Source: Bacteroidales bacterium
Lineage (GTDB): Bacteria; Bacteroidota; Bacteroidia; Bacteroidales; VadinHA17
NCBI GenBank assembly: GCA_020201035.1
Contig: JAIVHO010000002.1
Coordinates: forward strand, 77,882-141,881
DNA: 64,000 nucleotides
Direction of reading: 5' to 3'
How positions within the stretch are numbered: the stretch's first letter is position 1; the number at the start of each line of letters is the position of its first letter. This document shows, piece after piece, positions 20,313 to 29,714 of the stretch. The notes under the pieces are model-generated. The model searched no databases and was not told the origin of the DNA. It worked only from the letters and a program-made list of their open reading frames with translations. The position numbers and the translations under genes are program-made.

Positions 20313-20341
20313 TTTGTTTTTATCTATTTTTGTTATATTTG
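20313..20341 (+). promoter_or_regulatory. candidate Bacteroidota sigma-A promoter for gldJ (-33 TTTG / -7 TATATTTG)
   Basis: TATATTTG at 20334-20341, 33 nt before the gldJ ATG. TTTG at 20313-20316, 17 nt upstream of it. A second perfect TATATTTG lies at 20295-20302. Confidence 0.4.
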
Positions 20342-20373
20342 AGCATCTGAAATAATACCAAAACTTTAGTATT

Positions 20374-21849
20374 ATGTACAAATTCGCATCATCGCTTCTC
20401 TTATTAGCCGCTTCTGTTTTAGTGGTTTCGTGCGGAAGAGGCGACAATCCTAATGTGTCTCCGACTACTGGCTGGGAGTACAATAATCCCGATAACGGTG
20501 GCTTTGAGGTAAATGTCGGAGCCGAGCAGAAAACCGGACCGGGTCTTGTTCTTATTGAGGGCGGTACCTTTACCATGGGCCGGATCCAGGAGGATGTAAT
20601 GTATGATTGGAATAATCCTATCAGAAGAGTAACGGTTTCATCATTCTATATGGATGAAACAGAGGTCAGGAATATTGATTACAGGATGTACCTGTGGTGG
20701 TTACAGAGAGTATATGTTGACTATCCAGAGGTTCATGTAAGAGCGTTGCCCGATACACTCGTTTGGAGAAGTCCGCTGGCCTTTAATGAACCCTATGTTC
20801 AGTACTATTTCCGGCACCCGTCATATAACAACTACCCGGTGGTTGGTGTTAACTGGCTGCAGGCAAATGATTACTGTATATGGCGAACCGACAGGGTGAA
20901 TGAGCAGCTCCTTATTGATGAGGGCATACTGTCATTCGATCCCAACCAGGTAAATGAAAATAATTTCAATACCGAAGCCTATCTGGCCGGTCAGTATGAA
21001 GGTGTGGTGTTGCAGAACCTTGAGAGCCTCGATCCCAACAAGGAAGAGAGAAGGGTTATGCTGGAGGATGGAATACTCCTGCCCCGTTACAGGCTGCCAA
21101 CAGAGGCTGAATGGGAATTTGCCGCTTATGCCCTGATAGGAAATACTTTTGAAGAGAGAATATTTGAAAGAAGAATATACCCGTGGGATGGCCATAACGT
21201 CCGTAACAGTCGACCAAAGCATATGGGTGAGTTTATGGCTAACTTTGTCCGTGGAAGAGGCGACCTGATGGGGGTGGCCGGCAGCCTTAATGATAACGGA
21301 AGTATTACTGTGGACGTGAAATCTTACTGGCCAAATGATTATGGTCTCTACTGTATGGCAGGAAACGTGAACGAATGGGTGCAGGATGTCTACAGGGCAT
21401 TATCAGCTCAGGATGTTGACGGATTTAACCCTTTCAGGGGTAATGTATATACCGATATGAGCCGCGATGCCAACGGTAACCTCCTTACCAAGGATGAACT
21501 GGGCAGGATGCAGATAGATACGGTGAATGATGCCGATGTTGCCAACAGGTTTAACTACCAGAAGGGCGACTACCGCAATTACCTCGACGGGGATAAGCTG
21601 TCAAGTATACAGGAGAGCCGCGACTGGAGCGGAAACGATTTTGATTCCAACCAGATGTACGTTCAGAGTGATGACGAATATTTCTCACTGATAAATGATA
21701 ATGTAAGAGTTATCAAGGGCGGTTCATGGAAAGACAGGGCATACTGGCTGAATCCTTCTACTCGCAGGTACCTTGACCAGGAGGCAGCGCGCGATGATCT
21801 GGGTTTCAGATGTGCTATGATAAGGGTTGGAAGCCCGTCCGGATTCTGA
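20374..21849 (+). CDS. gldJ: gliding-motility/T9SS lipoprotein GldJ (FGE-sulfatase/SUMF1-like fold)
   Basis: Lipobox VVSCG. GGTFTMG, FYMDETEV, YRLPTEAEWEFAA, GNVNEWV and KGGSW motifs. Sits beside porU and murF. Confidence 0.85.
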   Translation: MYKFASSLLLLAASVLVVSCGRGDNPNVSPTTGWEYNNPDNGGFEVNVGAEQKTGPGLVLIEGGTFTMGRIQEDVMYDWNNPIRRVTVSSFYMDETEVRNIDYRMYLWWLQRVYVDYPEVHVRALPDTLVWRSPLAFNEPYVQYYFRHPSYNNYPVVGVNWLQANDYCIWRTDRVNEQLLIDEGILSFDPNQVNENNFNTEAYLAGQYEGVVLQNLESLDPNKEERRVMLEDGILLPRYRLPTEAEWEFAAYALIGNTFEERIFERRIYPWDGHNVRNSRPKHMGEFMANFVRGRGDLMGVAGSLNDNGSITVDVKSYWPNDYGLYCMAGNVNEWVQDVYRALSAQDVDGFNPFRGNVYTDMSRDANGNLLTKDELGRMQIDTVNDADVANRFNYQKGDYRNYLDGDKLSSIQESRDWSGNDFDSNQMYVQSDDEYFSLINDNVRVIKGGSWKDRAYWLNPSTRRYLDQEAARDDLGFRCAMIRVGSPSGF

Positions 21850-21871
21850 TAGTATTAATGTAATAAATCAG

Positions 21872-21906
21872 GGCCTCATTATGTAAATCCATAATGAGGC
21901 CTTTAT
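21872..21906 (+). terminator. intrinsic terminator after gldJ
   Basis: Perfect 11-bp stem ggcctcattat / ataatgaggcc with an 8-nt loop, followed by tttat. Confidence 0.55.
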
Positions 21907-21917
21907 AATTGTAACAG

Positions 21918-23210
21918 GTGGATCTTCTGAAAATTTTTCTTTCAGGAAATGGCAGGGTGACAACCGACTCCCGAAAGGTGCAGCCTGGAGATATCTTTTT
22001 TGCCCTGAAGGGGGACAATTACGATGGTAACCGATTCGCGATAACAGCCCTTGAGAGAGGTGCTGCGCTGGCAGTAACAGACGATCCTGCGCTTAAGGGA
22101 GAACGGATAATGTTTGCAGACAATGCGCTGTGTAAATTGCAGGAACTGGCCGGCAATTACAGACGTTATACCGGTGTTCCCCTCCTGGCAATTACCGGAA
22201 GTAACGGTAAAACAACTACCAGAGAACTGATCTCGGCTGTGCTATCCCGGAAATTCAGGGTGCACTCAAGCAGCGGGAACCTCAATAACCATATAGGTGT
22301 ACCACTTACCATTCTGTCTGCTCCCCGTGATACAGAGATTATGGTGGTGGAAATGGGAGCAAACCATACCGGCGAAATTGGTTCTCTATGCCGGATAGCT
22401 GACCCCGATAAGGGAATTATTACCAATATAGGCAGAGCCCACCTTGAAGGATTCGGATCATTTGATGGTGTGGTGCAGGCCAAATCAGAGCTCTATGCCT
22501 ACCTTGGGAAAAAAGGAGGAACAATAATCTGTAACCGCAGCAACCAGATTCTTGATATGATGGTTGAGAAGTTTGGCTGCGGAGCCTCTGTTGTTGATTA
22601 CTATCATCCCGGCGATAACAGGTGGGTGATAAAAGAGCAGGGAATGGACCCTGGTCTTGTTGTTGAAGCGGAAATTAGCGGTGTGCCATACACAATACGG
22701 ACACACCTTTTCGGGAAGCATAATACTGAAAATGTTGCAGCAGCAATTGCGACCGGACTGCTTTACGGAGTTGAACCGGGTGCAATAGTAACTGCCCTTG
22801 AAGATTATCTGCCGGAGAATAACCGTTCACAGATAATGATTACTGAAACCAACAGGGTGGTGTGCGACTCCTACAATGCAAATCCGTCAAGTATGGAGGA
22901 AGCTATTAACTCATTCAGGGAGGCATCAAAGGGACGGGGAACCGTGATACTGGGTGATATGCTGGAACTGGGCGGATATTCCGGGGATGAACACCGGAAG
23001 ATAACCGCTATGCTTGACAGGATTCCGGGTTTTGATGTAATACTGGTGGGACCTCAGTTTGCATCGGCGGGTAATCCGGCCACACATAAAATGTTTGATA
23101 CCGTAAATGATCTTATATCCTGGTTGACTGATAATCCTGTAAAGGATACCTTTGTAATGGTGAAAGGTTCAAGGGGAATTGGCCTTGAGAAGATATATCC
23201 GCACCTTTAG
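21918..23210 (+). CDS. murF: UDP-N-acetylmuramoyl-tripeptide--D-alanyl-D-alanine ligase
   Basis: 430 aa, GTG start. TDSRKV, ITGSNGKTT, EMGANH and DSYNANP motifs. Confidence 0.9.
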   Translation: MDLLKIFLSGNGRVTTDSRKVQPGDIFFALKGDNYDGNRFAITALERGAALAVTDDPALKGERIMFADNALCKLQELAGNYRRYTGVPLLAITGSNGKTTTRELISAVLSRKFRVHSSSGNLNNHIGVPLTILSAPRDTEIMVVEMGANHTGEIGSLCRIADPDKGIITNIGRAHLEGFGSFDGVVQAKSELYAYLGKKGGTIICNRSNQILDMMVEKFGCGASVVDYYHPGDNRWVIKEQGMDPGLVVEAEISGVPYTIRTHLFGKHNTENVAAAIATGLLYGVEPGAIVTALEDYLPENNRSQIMITETNRVVCDSYNANPSSMEEAINSFREASKGRGTVILGDMLELGGYSGDEHRKITAMLDRIPGFDVILVGPQFASAGNPATHKMFDTVNDLISWLTDNPVKDTFVMVKGSRGIGLEKIYPHL

Positions 23211-23351
23211 GATAAACATGAGGAGGCAGATAATGAAACATAAATAATGCACCATCCGGTGAGTGACCGGTGAGTGAATATTGATTGCCAGGGGACCTGG
23301 CGAAGAGAAATAACATCAACAGGGAATTAACTTTAAAAAGAGAAAAAGGAT

Positions 23352-23975
23352 ATGGACAATCTGATGGATCCGATAGCCAGACTAATGGGCTTAAGGTATA
23401 AATCACACCCATGGCATGGCATTGATATAGGGGCGAACTCTCCGGATATAGTGACATGCTTTATAGAGATGGTGCCTACTGATACCGTGAAATATGAGGT
23501 GGATAAGGTTAGCGGATACCTGCGTATCGACAGACCCCAGAAATATTCAAATGTGGTGCCGGCACTTTACGGATTTCTGCCCAGAACCTATTCGGGTGAC
23601 AGGGTAGCTTCATTGAGCAGGGAGAAGACAGGGAGGGAGAGCATAGTGGGTGATGGCGATCCTATTGATATTTGTGTTCTTACAGAGAAGGTTATATCAC
23701 ACGGTAATATACTTGTAGCTTCCAGACCAATCGGGGGATTCAGAATGCTCGACGGCAATGAGGCGGATGATAAACTTATCGCCGTGTTGCATAACGATGC
23801 TGTTTATGCACAGTATCAGGATATCTCTGAACTGCCAGAGGTAGTAGTGAACAGGCTTAAGCACTATTTTCTTACATATAAGGATCTCCCCGGTAATGTG
23901 GCTGATGTTGAAATTACCCATGTTTATGGCGCTGATGAGGCAAAAGAACTTATCAGCAGATCACTGGAATCATAA
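23352..23975 (+). CDS. ppa: inorganic pyrophosphatase (family I)
   Basis: 207 aa. YEVDK, DGDPIDI and DDKLIAV motifs. Confidence 0.88.
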   Translation: MDNLMDPIARLMGLRYKSHPWHGIDIGANSPDIVTCFIEMVPTDTVKYEVDKVSGYLRIDRPQKYSNVVPALYGFLPRTYSGDRVASLSREKTGRESIVGDGDPIDICVLTEKVISHGNILVASRPIGGFRMLDGNEADDKLIAVLHNDAVYAQYQDISELPEVVVNRLKHYFLTYKDLPGNVADVEITHVYGADEAKELISRSLES

Positions 23976-24982
23976 ATCCTTTTTACTATATGCTCAAGCG
24001 GCCACATCTGCCCCCTGTGTGTATGACCTGAAAGCATAAGGTCAAAATCCCCGCCGGGACGAGACCCTTTTAACGGTGGCTGGTGATCAAGAACTATTAC
24101 AGTGCGTGAGGGATCTGTTTCTGCAAGCAGTTCGTCAAGACTCTTTCTCTCCTCTCCGCTGAACCGGAATGAGTCACGGTCGCGGCGCCCCACCACCTGA
24201 ATCCCGTTTTCAAGAACCATTACTTCATCATTAAGTATTCTGTATCCCTTATCCTCAATATATGATGTGGTGCGGGATATACCCCCAATATACTCATGAT
24301 TGCCGGTGATCATTAGTGTGTGTGCCCCTTCAGGCAGAGAGAGGGAAGTGAGCAGATCGTCACGCAGAACCGGATTTATCTCGCCGTCAACAATGTCTCC
24401 CAGAAAGAAGATGATATCCGGGTTTTCCTTTTTTATCATGGAGGAGAGTTTACGGAGTGACCTCCTGCGGACTACCGTTCCCATATGGATATCTGAGACC
24501 GCAACAATTTTATAGCTTTTCTCCCCGCCATTGTCGCCTCCTGCTTTTACAGTATATCGCGTTGTGGCAGGTATAACCGAATTGATAAAGCCGCCAGTGA
24601 TAATTATTACCGCTAATCCCGTTACCCGGATAAATGCCCTGTACCTGATTAATGCAACTTTTTCGGCAGGTAGTGACCCGGATAATTTGATTATCAGGAT
24701 AACCATATCTGACAATAACAACAGGAGTGTGGCATAAAGCATAAATGCCAGCCAGAATCCGCCCGCAACATTAAGAATATCAACCATAACAGAGTTGGAG
24801 CTTCTTTCCAGTATCTTGCCGGCAATAAAGAGGGAGGCAAGAGATAAAAATATTATCGTGTAAACAGGTGCTGAGAGATGACCATCCAGGGCCCGCAGTC
24901 CCTTAATATAGATATAGATATTAGCCAGAGTGTAGATGGTAAGTACAATGGCAAAAAAAATAAACATAGCTCGGCTTTTCAT
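23924..24982 (-). CDS. membrane-anchored metallophosphoesterase (YkuE-like)
   Basis: Four N-terminal TM helices, then VSDIHMG, GDIVDG, GNHE and SGHTHRGQ motifs. Confidence 0.8.
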   Translation of the reverse strand: MKSRAMFIFFAIVLTIYTLANIYIYIKGLRALDGHLSAPVYTIIFLSLASLFIAGKILERSSNSVMVDILNVAGGFWLAFMLYATLLLLLSDMVILIIKLSGSLPAEKVALIRYRAFIRVTGLAVIIITGGFINSVIPATTRYTVKAGGDNGGEKSYKIVAVSDIHMGTVVRRRSLRKLSSMIKKENPDIIFFLGDIVDGEINPVLRDDLLTSLSLPEGAHTLMITGNHEYIGGISRTTSYIEDKGYRILNDEVMVLENGIQVVGRRDRDSFRFSGEERKSLDELLAETDPSRTVIVLDHQPPLKGSRPGGDFDLMLSGHTHRGQMWPLEHIVKRIYDSSDLLISSFASSAP

Positions 24983-25091
24983 TTATTATCCCGTTCATTT
25001 CCGGGCCCTGCCTGGAAACAGCTGATGCACCGGATTTTTGATATTAACCTCTTTTTTTAACCTCTCTTCTTTCTTATAACCTTCCGTTTTC

Positions 25092-26135
25092 TTATAACCT
25101 TTTGTCAGGATCCTTCACATAATAATCGGTGAAGACTTTTTTCCCTCCTATATAAAAGCCGGCAATAATACTTTTGTTCAAAATAGGCATCTTTTTGTAT
25201 CTCTCCTCCTCACTATTTATCTTCCTGCGTTTTTCATCCAGCCGGGGCCTGTCACGAAGGTAATCATGATGAGCCCGCAGAACCTCCCTGAAATTTCTGA
25301 AGTGAAAAGTGAAAAGGAACATTACCGCAGCCACCCCGTCGAGTACCATCCGGGTGAATATCCTTTTGCGCAGTATTCTCTCAGGCAGATTCTTGTGCAG
25401 CAGGTACAGGTTATTCCTGAAATTCAGATACACCTTCCTGGGTGAACCGTAGTTAAGTGTTCCGCCTCCTACATGGTATACTACTGATTCAGGGACCGAC
25501 ATTATGGTGTGGCCTGCCGAGTGAATTCTCCAGCAGAGATCAATCTCTTCCATATGCGCAAAGAAGTCGCCGTCAAACCCGCCTGCCTCTCTCCATACCT
25601 CTGACCGTATCGCCATACATGCACCACTCGACCAGAATATCACTCTCTGATCATTGTACTGCCCGGTATCCTTCTCCAGGTGATTCTGTATCCTGCCCCT
25701 GCAGAAGGGGTAACCGTATTTGTCAATATATCCACCTGCGGCACCGGCATACTCGAAAGAGGTGTGATCCTGTTCACTCAGTATCTTTGGCTGGCAGGCG
25801 GCGGTGCCGGGGTTGTTGTCGAGATATGAGATCATCGGACTGAGCCATCCCGGTGTAACCCGGATATCAGAATTAACAATTATATAGTAGCGTGCATCAA
25901 TCTTGTCGAGAGCACGATTGTATCCCTCTGCAAACCCCTGGTTGCTTTCCAGCTCAATAATGCCTGTCTCAGGATGGTTGGTGCGTACCCACGCAACAGA
26001 ACCATCTGTTGATCCGTTATCGGCAACCCATATTGCGGAATCATCGCCCCCACTGTTAGCCTTAAAAACAGGGAGGTAACTTTTAAGTAAGTCCAGCCCG
26101 TTCCAGTTGAGTATAACTATAGCTGTCTTAATCAT
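25092..26135 (-). CDS. family-2 glycosyltransferase
   Basis: 347 aa. IVILNWNG..., DNGSTDGS and GACMAIR motifs typical of GT2. Confidence 0.85.
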   Translation of the reverse strand: MIKTAIVILNWNGLDLLKSYLPVFKANSGGDDSAIWVADNGSTDGSVAWVRTNHPETGIIELESNQGFAEGYNRALDKIDARYYIIVNSDIRVTPGWLSPMISYLDNNPGTAACQPKILSEQDHTSFEYAGAAGGYIDKYGYPFCRGRIQNHLEKDTGQYNDQRVIFWSSGACMAIRSEVWREAGGFDGDFFAHMEEIDLCWRIHSAGHTIMSVPESVVYHVGGGTLNYGSPRKVYLNFRNNLYLLHKNLPERILRKRIFTRMVLDGVAAVMFLFTFHFRNFREVLRAHHDYLRDRPRLDEKRRKINSEEERYKKMPILNKSIIAGFYIGGKKVFTDYYVKDPDKRL

Positions 26136-27009
26136 TAACGGCAGGTTTTTTATGCTTCCATCTGCGGTGCGACCATAACCACAGTTCAGGTCGCCTCACT
26201 ATCTGTTCTTCCAGCTTCCTTACATGCATCTCTGTAATAACGTGTTCGTCAAGTGTTTGCGGGGAGTCTGTAAGTACCTCTATATTAATAGTGTAATAAC
26301 CTCTTCGCTCCATCTCTATATTGAACCATAAAACAGGCATATTCATCTTGCGGGACAGTTTTTCTATACCAAGATAAACCGGCGTATCCTGATTCAGGAA
26401 CCTGGTCCAGTACCGGATTTCGCGCCTGGGTGGCGTCTGGTCTGAAAGCAGGGCCGTGACCGAAGGGATGCCCTCTCTTACATCTCCTGCGATCTCCCTG
26501 AGCGTATGTGACATCGGCACAATTGAAGTGCCGTATTTGCGTCTCAGTTTCAGCAGGTAGCTGTCGAACCACGGATTCTTCAACGGCTTATATATAGCTA
26601 TAAACTTTGACCGGGTGAACTGCTGCGCAATAACTATCCATTCCCAGTTGCCGTAATGACCGAAAACAGCCAGGGCACTCCTCCCCTCATCGTGCAGCCT
26701 GTTGAGGATTTCAGGGTTTTTTATCCTGTATCGCTTTTTGAGCTCCTTACCGCTCATATGCTGTAACTTCAGGGACTCAATCACAAGATGGGCAAAATGA
26801 AACCAGTAACGGCGGCGAATTCTTTTCAGCTCTTTCTTGCTTTTTTCAGGGAAGGCATTCCGGAGATTTCTGATGATTACCTGCCTGCGGTATCCGGGGA
26901 AGGCCAGAACAAGAAAAAACAGCCAGGCAAATATGTATAGTATCCTTAACGGGAGCAGTGTAATTACCCAGTTGACAGCAAAGAAAATCCGGAACAGAAT
27001 AGCTTTCAT
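26128..27009 (-). CDS. lipid A late acyltransferase-family protein (LpxL/HtrB-like lysophospholipid acyltransferase)
   Basis: 293 aa. N-terminal TM helix and a GHYGNWE (HX4E) motif. 8-nt overlap with the GT2 gene. Confidence 0.78.
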   Translation of the reverse strand: MKAILFRIFFAVNWVITLLPLRILYIFAWLFFLVLAFPGYRRQVIIRNLRNAFPEKSKKELKRIRRRYWFHFAHLVIESLKLQHMSGKELKKRYRIKNPEILNRLHDEGRSALAVFGHYGNWEWIVIAQQFTRSKFIAIYKPLKNPWFDSYLLKLRRKYGTSIVPMSHTLREIAGDVREGIPSVTALLSDQTPPRREIRYWTRFLNQDTPVYLGIEKLSRKMNMPVLWFNIEMERRGYYTINIEVLTDSPQTLDEHVITEMHVRKLEEQIVRRPELWLWSHRRWKHKKPAVND

Positions 27010-27047
27010 CCCTTTTGACAGTTATTGTTGACCTGTAAGGTGCTGAC

Positions 27048-27152
27048 TCTCCACATTCTTCACACTTTTTGTGTTCTCATTAATTTCTCCATACACTCCA
27101 TTTCCTCCACTCCACCACCTCCACACTATCTAATCTCTCCACTATCTCCACT
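27048..27152. repeat. degenerate CTCCA-rich (GGAG-rich on minus) low-complexity tract
   Basis: At least 9 CTCCA pentamers at irregular spacing. The tract spans the stop codon of the IMPase-like gene and the 5' region of the acyltransferase gene. Confidence 0.7.
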
Positions 27153-28046
27153 ACCAACCATAAATGTACCTACAATTTTTCTGAAATTATCATACAGCAG
27201 ACTATTGGAAGCAATGGTCTCAGCCCCGGTCAGATTGTCACCATCACCTGAAAAGTCAGATGTCATGCCTCCCGCTTCCCTTACAAGCAGTGCCCCGGCA
27301 GCCACATCCCACGGATTAAGATTATACTCAAAAAAGGCATCAAACCTGCCACATGCAACATATGCAAGATCAACGGCAGCAGATCCCATCCTCCTTACCC
27401 CGTGGGTGTTCCGGATAAAGTAGTCCAGGGCCCCCATAAAAGCGTTGAGTCGTGAAAAGTTCTTATAGGGGAAGCCCGTTGCAATAAGCGAATCCTCAAT
27501 CCGTGAGACGTCCGAAACTGATATCCTTGTACCGTTCAACCATGCCCCTCCAGCAATAGTGGCTGTAAACATCTCATCGGAAGTGACTATATAGACAACG
27601 CCTGCCACTACCTTTCCCTCTTCACTAAGGGCAATGCTGATAGAGTAGGGAGGGAGACCATGCAAAAAATTGGTTGTGCCGTCCAAAGGATCAACAATCC
27701 AGGTGTAGGTGCTTCCGTTTTCCGGCGCACCGGAATCACCAGTCGCCCCGCCGGTACCACTGCCCCCTGATAAAAGGCTCTTACCGCCGGAGACCTTCCC
27801 CTCATTACCGGCAGAGGTTCCCTCTTCGGTAAAAAATCCAGACCCCGGCAGTATCTCCGATAATCCCTTTACAATCATCTTCTCCGCCTCCACATCAACA
27901 TAGGAGACAAAATCATGCAGTCCCTTTTTTTCTGCCATCTCCGGATCAAATCCGGCCGCCTCACCCGTGATAAACAGACCTGTTTCTCTTGCCAGTTTAG
28001 CAACCTTAAAGGTTATCTCAAGCAGCTTTTGTCCGGTTCTTTTCAT
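27126..28046 (-). CDS. inositol monophosphatase-family protein (SuhB-like) with a G/S-rich insertion
   Basis: 306 aa. FFTEE...WIVDPLDGTTNF and WDVAAG motifs. About 25-30 extra low-complexity residues lie between the EE and DPLDGT motifs. Confidence 0.85.
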   Translation of the reverse strand: MKRTGQKLLEITFKVAKLARETGLFITGEAAGFDPEMAEKKGLHDFVSYVDVEAEKMIVKGLSEILPGSGFFTEEGTSAGNEGKVSGGKSLLSGGSGTGGATGDSGAPENGSTYTWIVDPLDGTTNFLHGLPPYSISIALSEEGKVVAGVVYIVTSDEMFTATIAGGAWLNGTRISVSDVSRIEDSLIATGFPYKNFSRLNAFMGALDYFIRNTHGVRRMGSAAVDLAYVACGRFDAFFEYNLNPWDVAAGALLVREAGGMTSDFSGDGDNLTGAETIASNSLLYDNFRKIVGTFMVGSGDSGEIR

Positions 28047-28062
28047 GGTAGTATAATATTAT

Positions 28063-28257
28063 GTTCAATTCAATTATGTTCGGTTCAGTCTTGTTCAATT
28101 CAATTATGTTCAATTCAATTATGTTCAGTTCAGTTATGTGCCGTTCAATCTTGTTCAATTCAATTATGTTCAGTTCAGTTGTGTGCCGTTCAATCTTGTT
28201 CAGTTCAGTCTTGTTCAATTCAATTATGTTCAGTTCAGTTGTGTTCAGTTCAATGAG
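28063..28257. repeat. tandem repeat, 15-bp unit x 13 (gttcaattcaattat family)
   Basis: Thirteen contiguous 15-mers counted by hand. Unit variants (caatt/cagtt/gtgccg types) recur in a 45-bp higher-order pattern. The array starts 17 nt upstream of the IMPase start codon. Confidence 0.95.
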
Positions 28258-28307
28258 ATTTTTCAGTTTATTCAGGTTCCCTCTCTTAATGTTATTGCAG
28301 GTTCTAT

Positions 28308-29660
28308 TTACAAATCAGTAACAATGAAACCTCCGTTCTTATCGGGTTCTGTCAGCATAACATCTGTTATCCAGCCCTCCTCAACCTCCTGTGACGGGGT
28401 AGTAACTCTTATATAATTATCCGTAAATCCCGATATTAACCCGTTTGAATTCCTGCTCTCCCATAACACCCTTTCTCTCTCTCCCCTGTTTGACAGTGCA
28501 AAACGGAGTGCCATTTTGCCGGATAAATCCTGCAGCAGATGGCTCCTCTGCGTGGCATCGGATGATTTAACAACCGGCTTCATCAGCGCTGCCGGGGTAT
28601 TAATTCTGGGTGAATAGGTAAAGGCATGCAGATATGAGAGATCAATATTTTCAAGAAACTCATATGTACTCCTGAACTCCTCCTCTGATTCACCGGGAAA
28701 TCCTGCAATAACATCAGCACCTATTGAAGCATGTGGCATCACCTTTTTTATCTCAGCCACCTTCTCCTCAAAAAGCTCCCTGCGATACCTTCTCCGCATC
28801 CGGGCAAGAGTTTCGTTACACCCGCTCTGCAGGGGTATATGGAAGTGAGGCATCAGCTTATCGCTGGCAGCCGTAAGCTCAATTATCCCTGAGGTTAAAA
28901 GGTTCGGTTCTATCGATGAAATCCTGTACCGCTCTATACCATCCACCTTAATCAGCTGCTGAAGCAATTCATGGAGTGATTCGCCCGTTGACTTTCCAAA
29001 ATCACCCGTATTGATACCGGTAAGCACTATCTCCCTGATCCCTCTGTCTGCAATAACCCGGGCCTCCCTGACACATTCTGCTACCGGCTGGTTCCTGCTT
29101 GCCCCCCTAGCCAGGGGGATGGTGCAATAGGAGCAGTGATAGTCACATCCGTCCTGAACCTTCATAAATGCCCTGGTACGGTCACCCATTGAGAAGGATG
29201 AGATAAAACTGCTTCTTTCCATTGATTCACAGGAGTGTACAATTGGCCCGGAAGCAACATCGGATATTTCAGTTCCGGGCACAGCACTGACATTTTCCGG
29301 ATTAGCAGACAGCTCATCCAGATACCCGGCAAGATGAAATTTTTCCTGATTGCCAAGGATAAGCCGTACTCCTTCAAGAGCGGCAGCCTCCTCACTCCGC
29401 AGCTGGGCAAAGCAGCCCATTACCACTATTTTTGCATTGGGTGACTGCCGCGCGGCCTTGCGTATAGCCTGCCTGCACTTACGGTCGGCAGCGCCGGTAA
29501 CTGTACAGGTATTGATAACATATATATCTGCAGGCTCATCATATGAGACCTTCTCATACTTACCGGTATCCAGAGATCTTGCAATGGTTGAAGTCTCCGT
29601 ATAGTTCAGTTTGCATCCCAGGGTGTGAAATGCCACCCTTACTTTTCCCCCGCTCATCAC
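28308..29660 (-). CDS. mtaB: radical-SAM methylthiotransferase, MtaB-type (tRNA t6A37 methylthiolation)
   Basis: 450 aa. N-terminal HTLGCKLN, the radical-SAM motif CDYHCSYCTIP, and a C-terminal TRAM-like region. Confidence 0.75.
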   Translation of the reverse strand: MMSGGKVRVAFHTLGCKLNYTETSTIARSLDTGKYEKVSYDEPADIYVINTCTVTGAADRKCRQAIRKAARQSPNAKIVVMGCFAQLRSEEAAALEGVRLILGNQEKFHLAGYLDELSANPENVSAVPGTEISDVASGPIVHSCESMERSSFISSFSMGDRTRAFMKVQDGCDYHCSYCTIPLARGASRNQPVAECVREARVIADRGIREIVLTGINTGDFGKSTGESLHELLQQLIKVDGIERYRISSIEPNLLTSGIIELTAASDKLMPHFHIPLQSGCNETLARMRRRYRRELFEEKVAEIKKVMPHASIGADVIAGFPGESEEEFRSTYEFLENIDLSYLHAFTYSPRINTPAALMKPVVKSSDATQRSHLLQDLSGKMALRFALSNRGERERVLWESRNSNGLISGFTDNYIRVTTPSQEVEEGWITDVMLTEPDKNGGFIVTDL

Positions 29661-29714
29661 TTGCTGATTTAATCTGCAAAATTAGCGAAAATAAGGGAAA
29701 GGGGAGCAATGGCA

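Noticed and set aside
27915-28416. Four overlapping ORFs (113, 66, 86 and 92 aa) over the 15-bp array
   Set aside because: They are open in three + frames and one - frame only because the 15-mer lacks stop codons. The products are pure repeat (CSIQLCSVQ.., FNSIMFSSV..).
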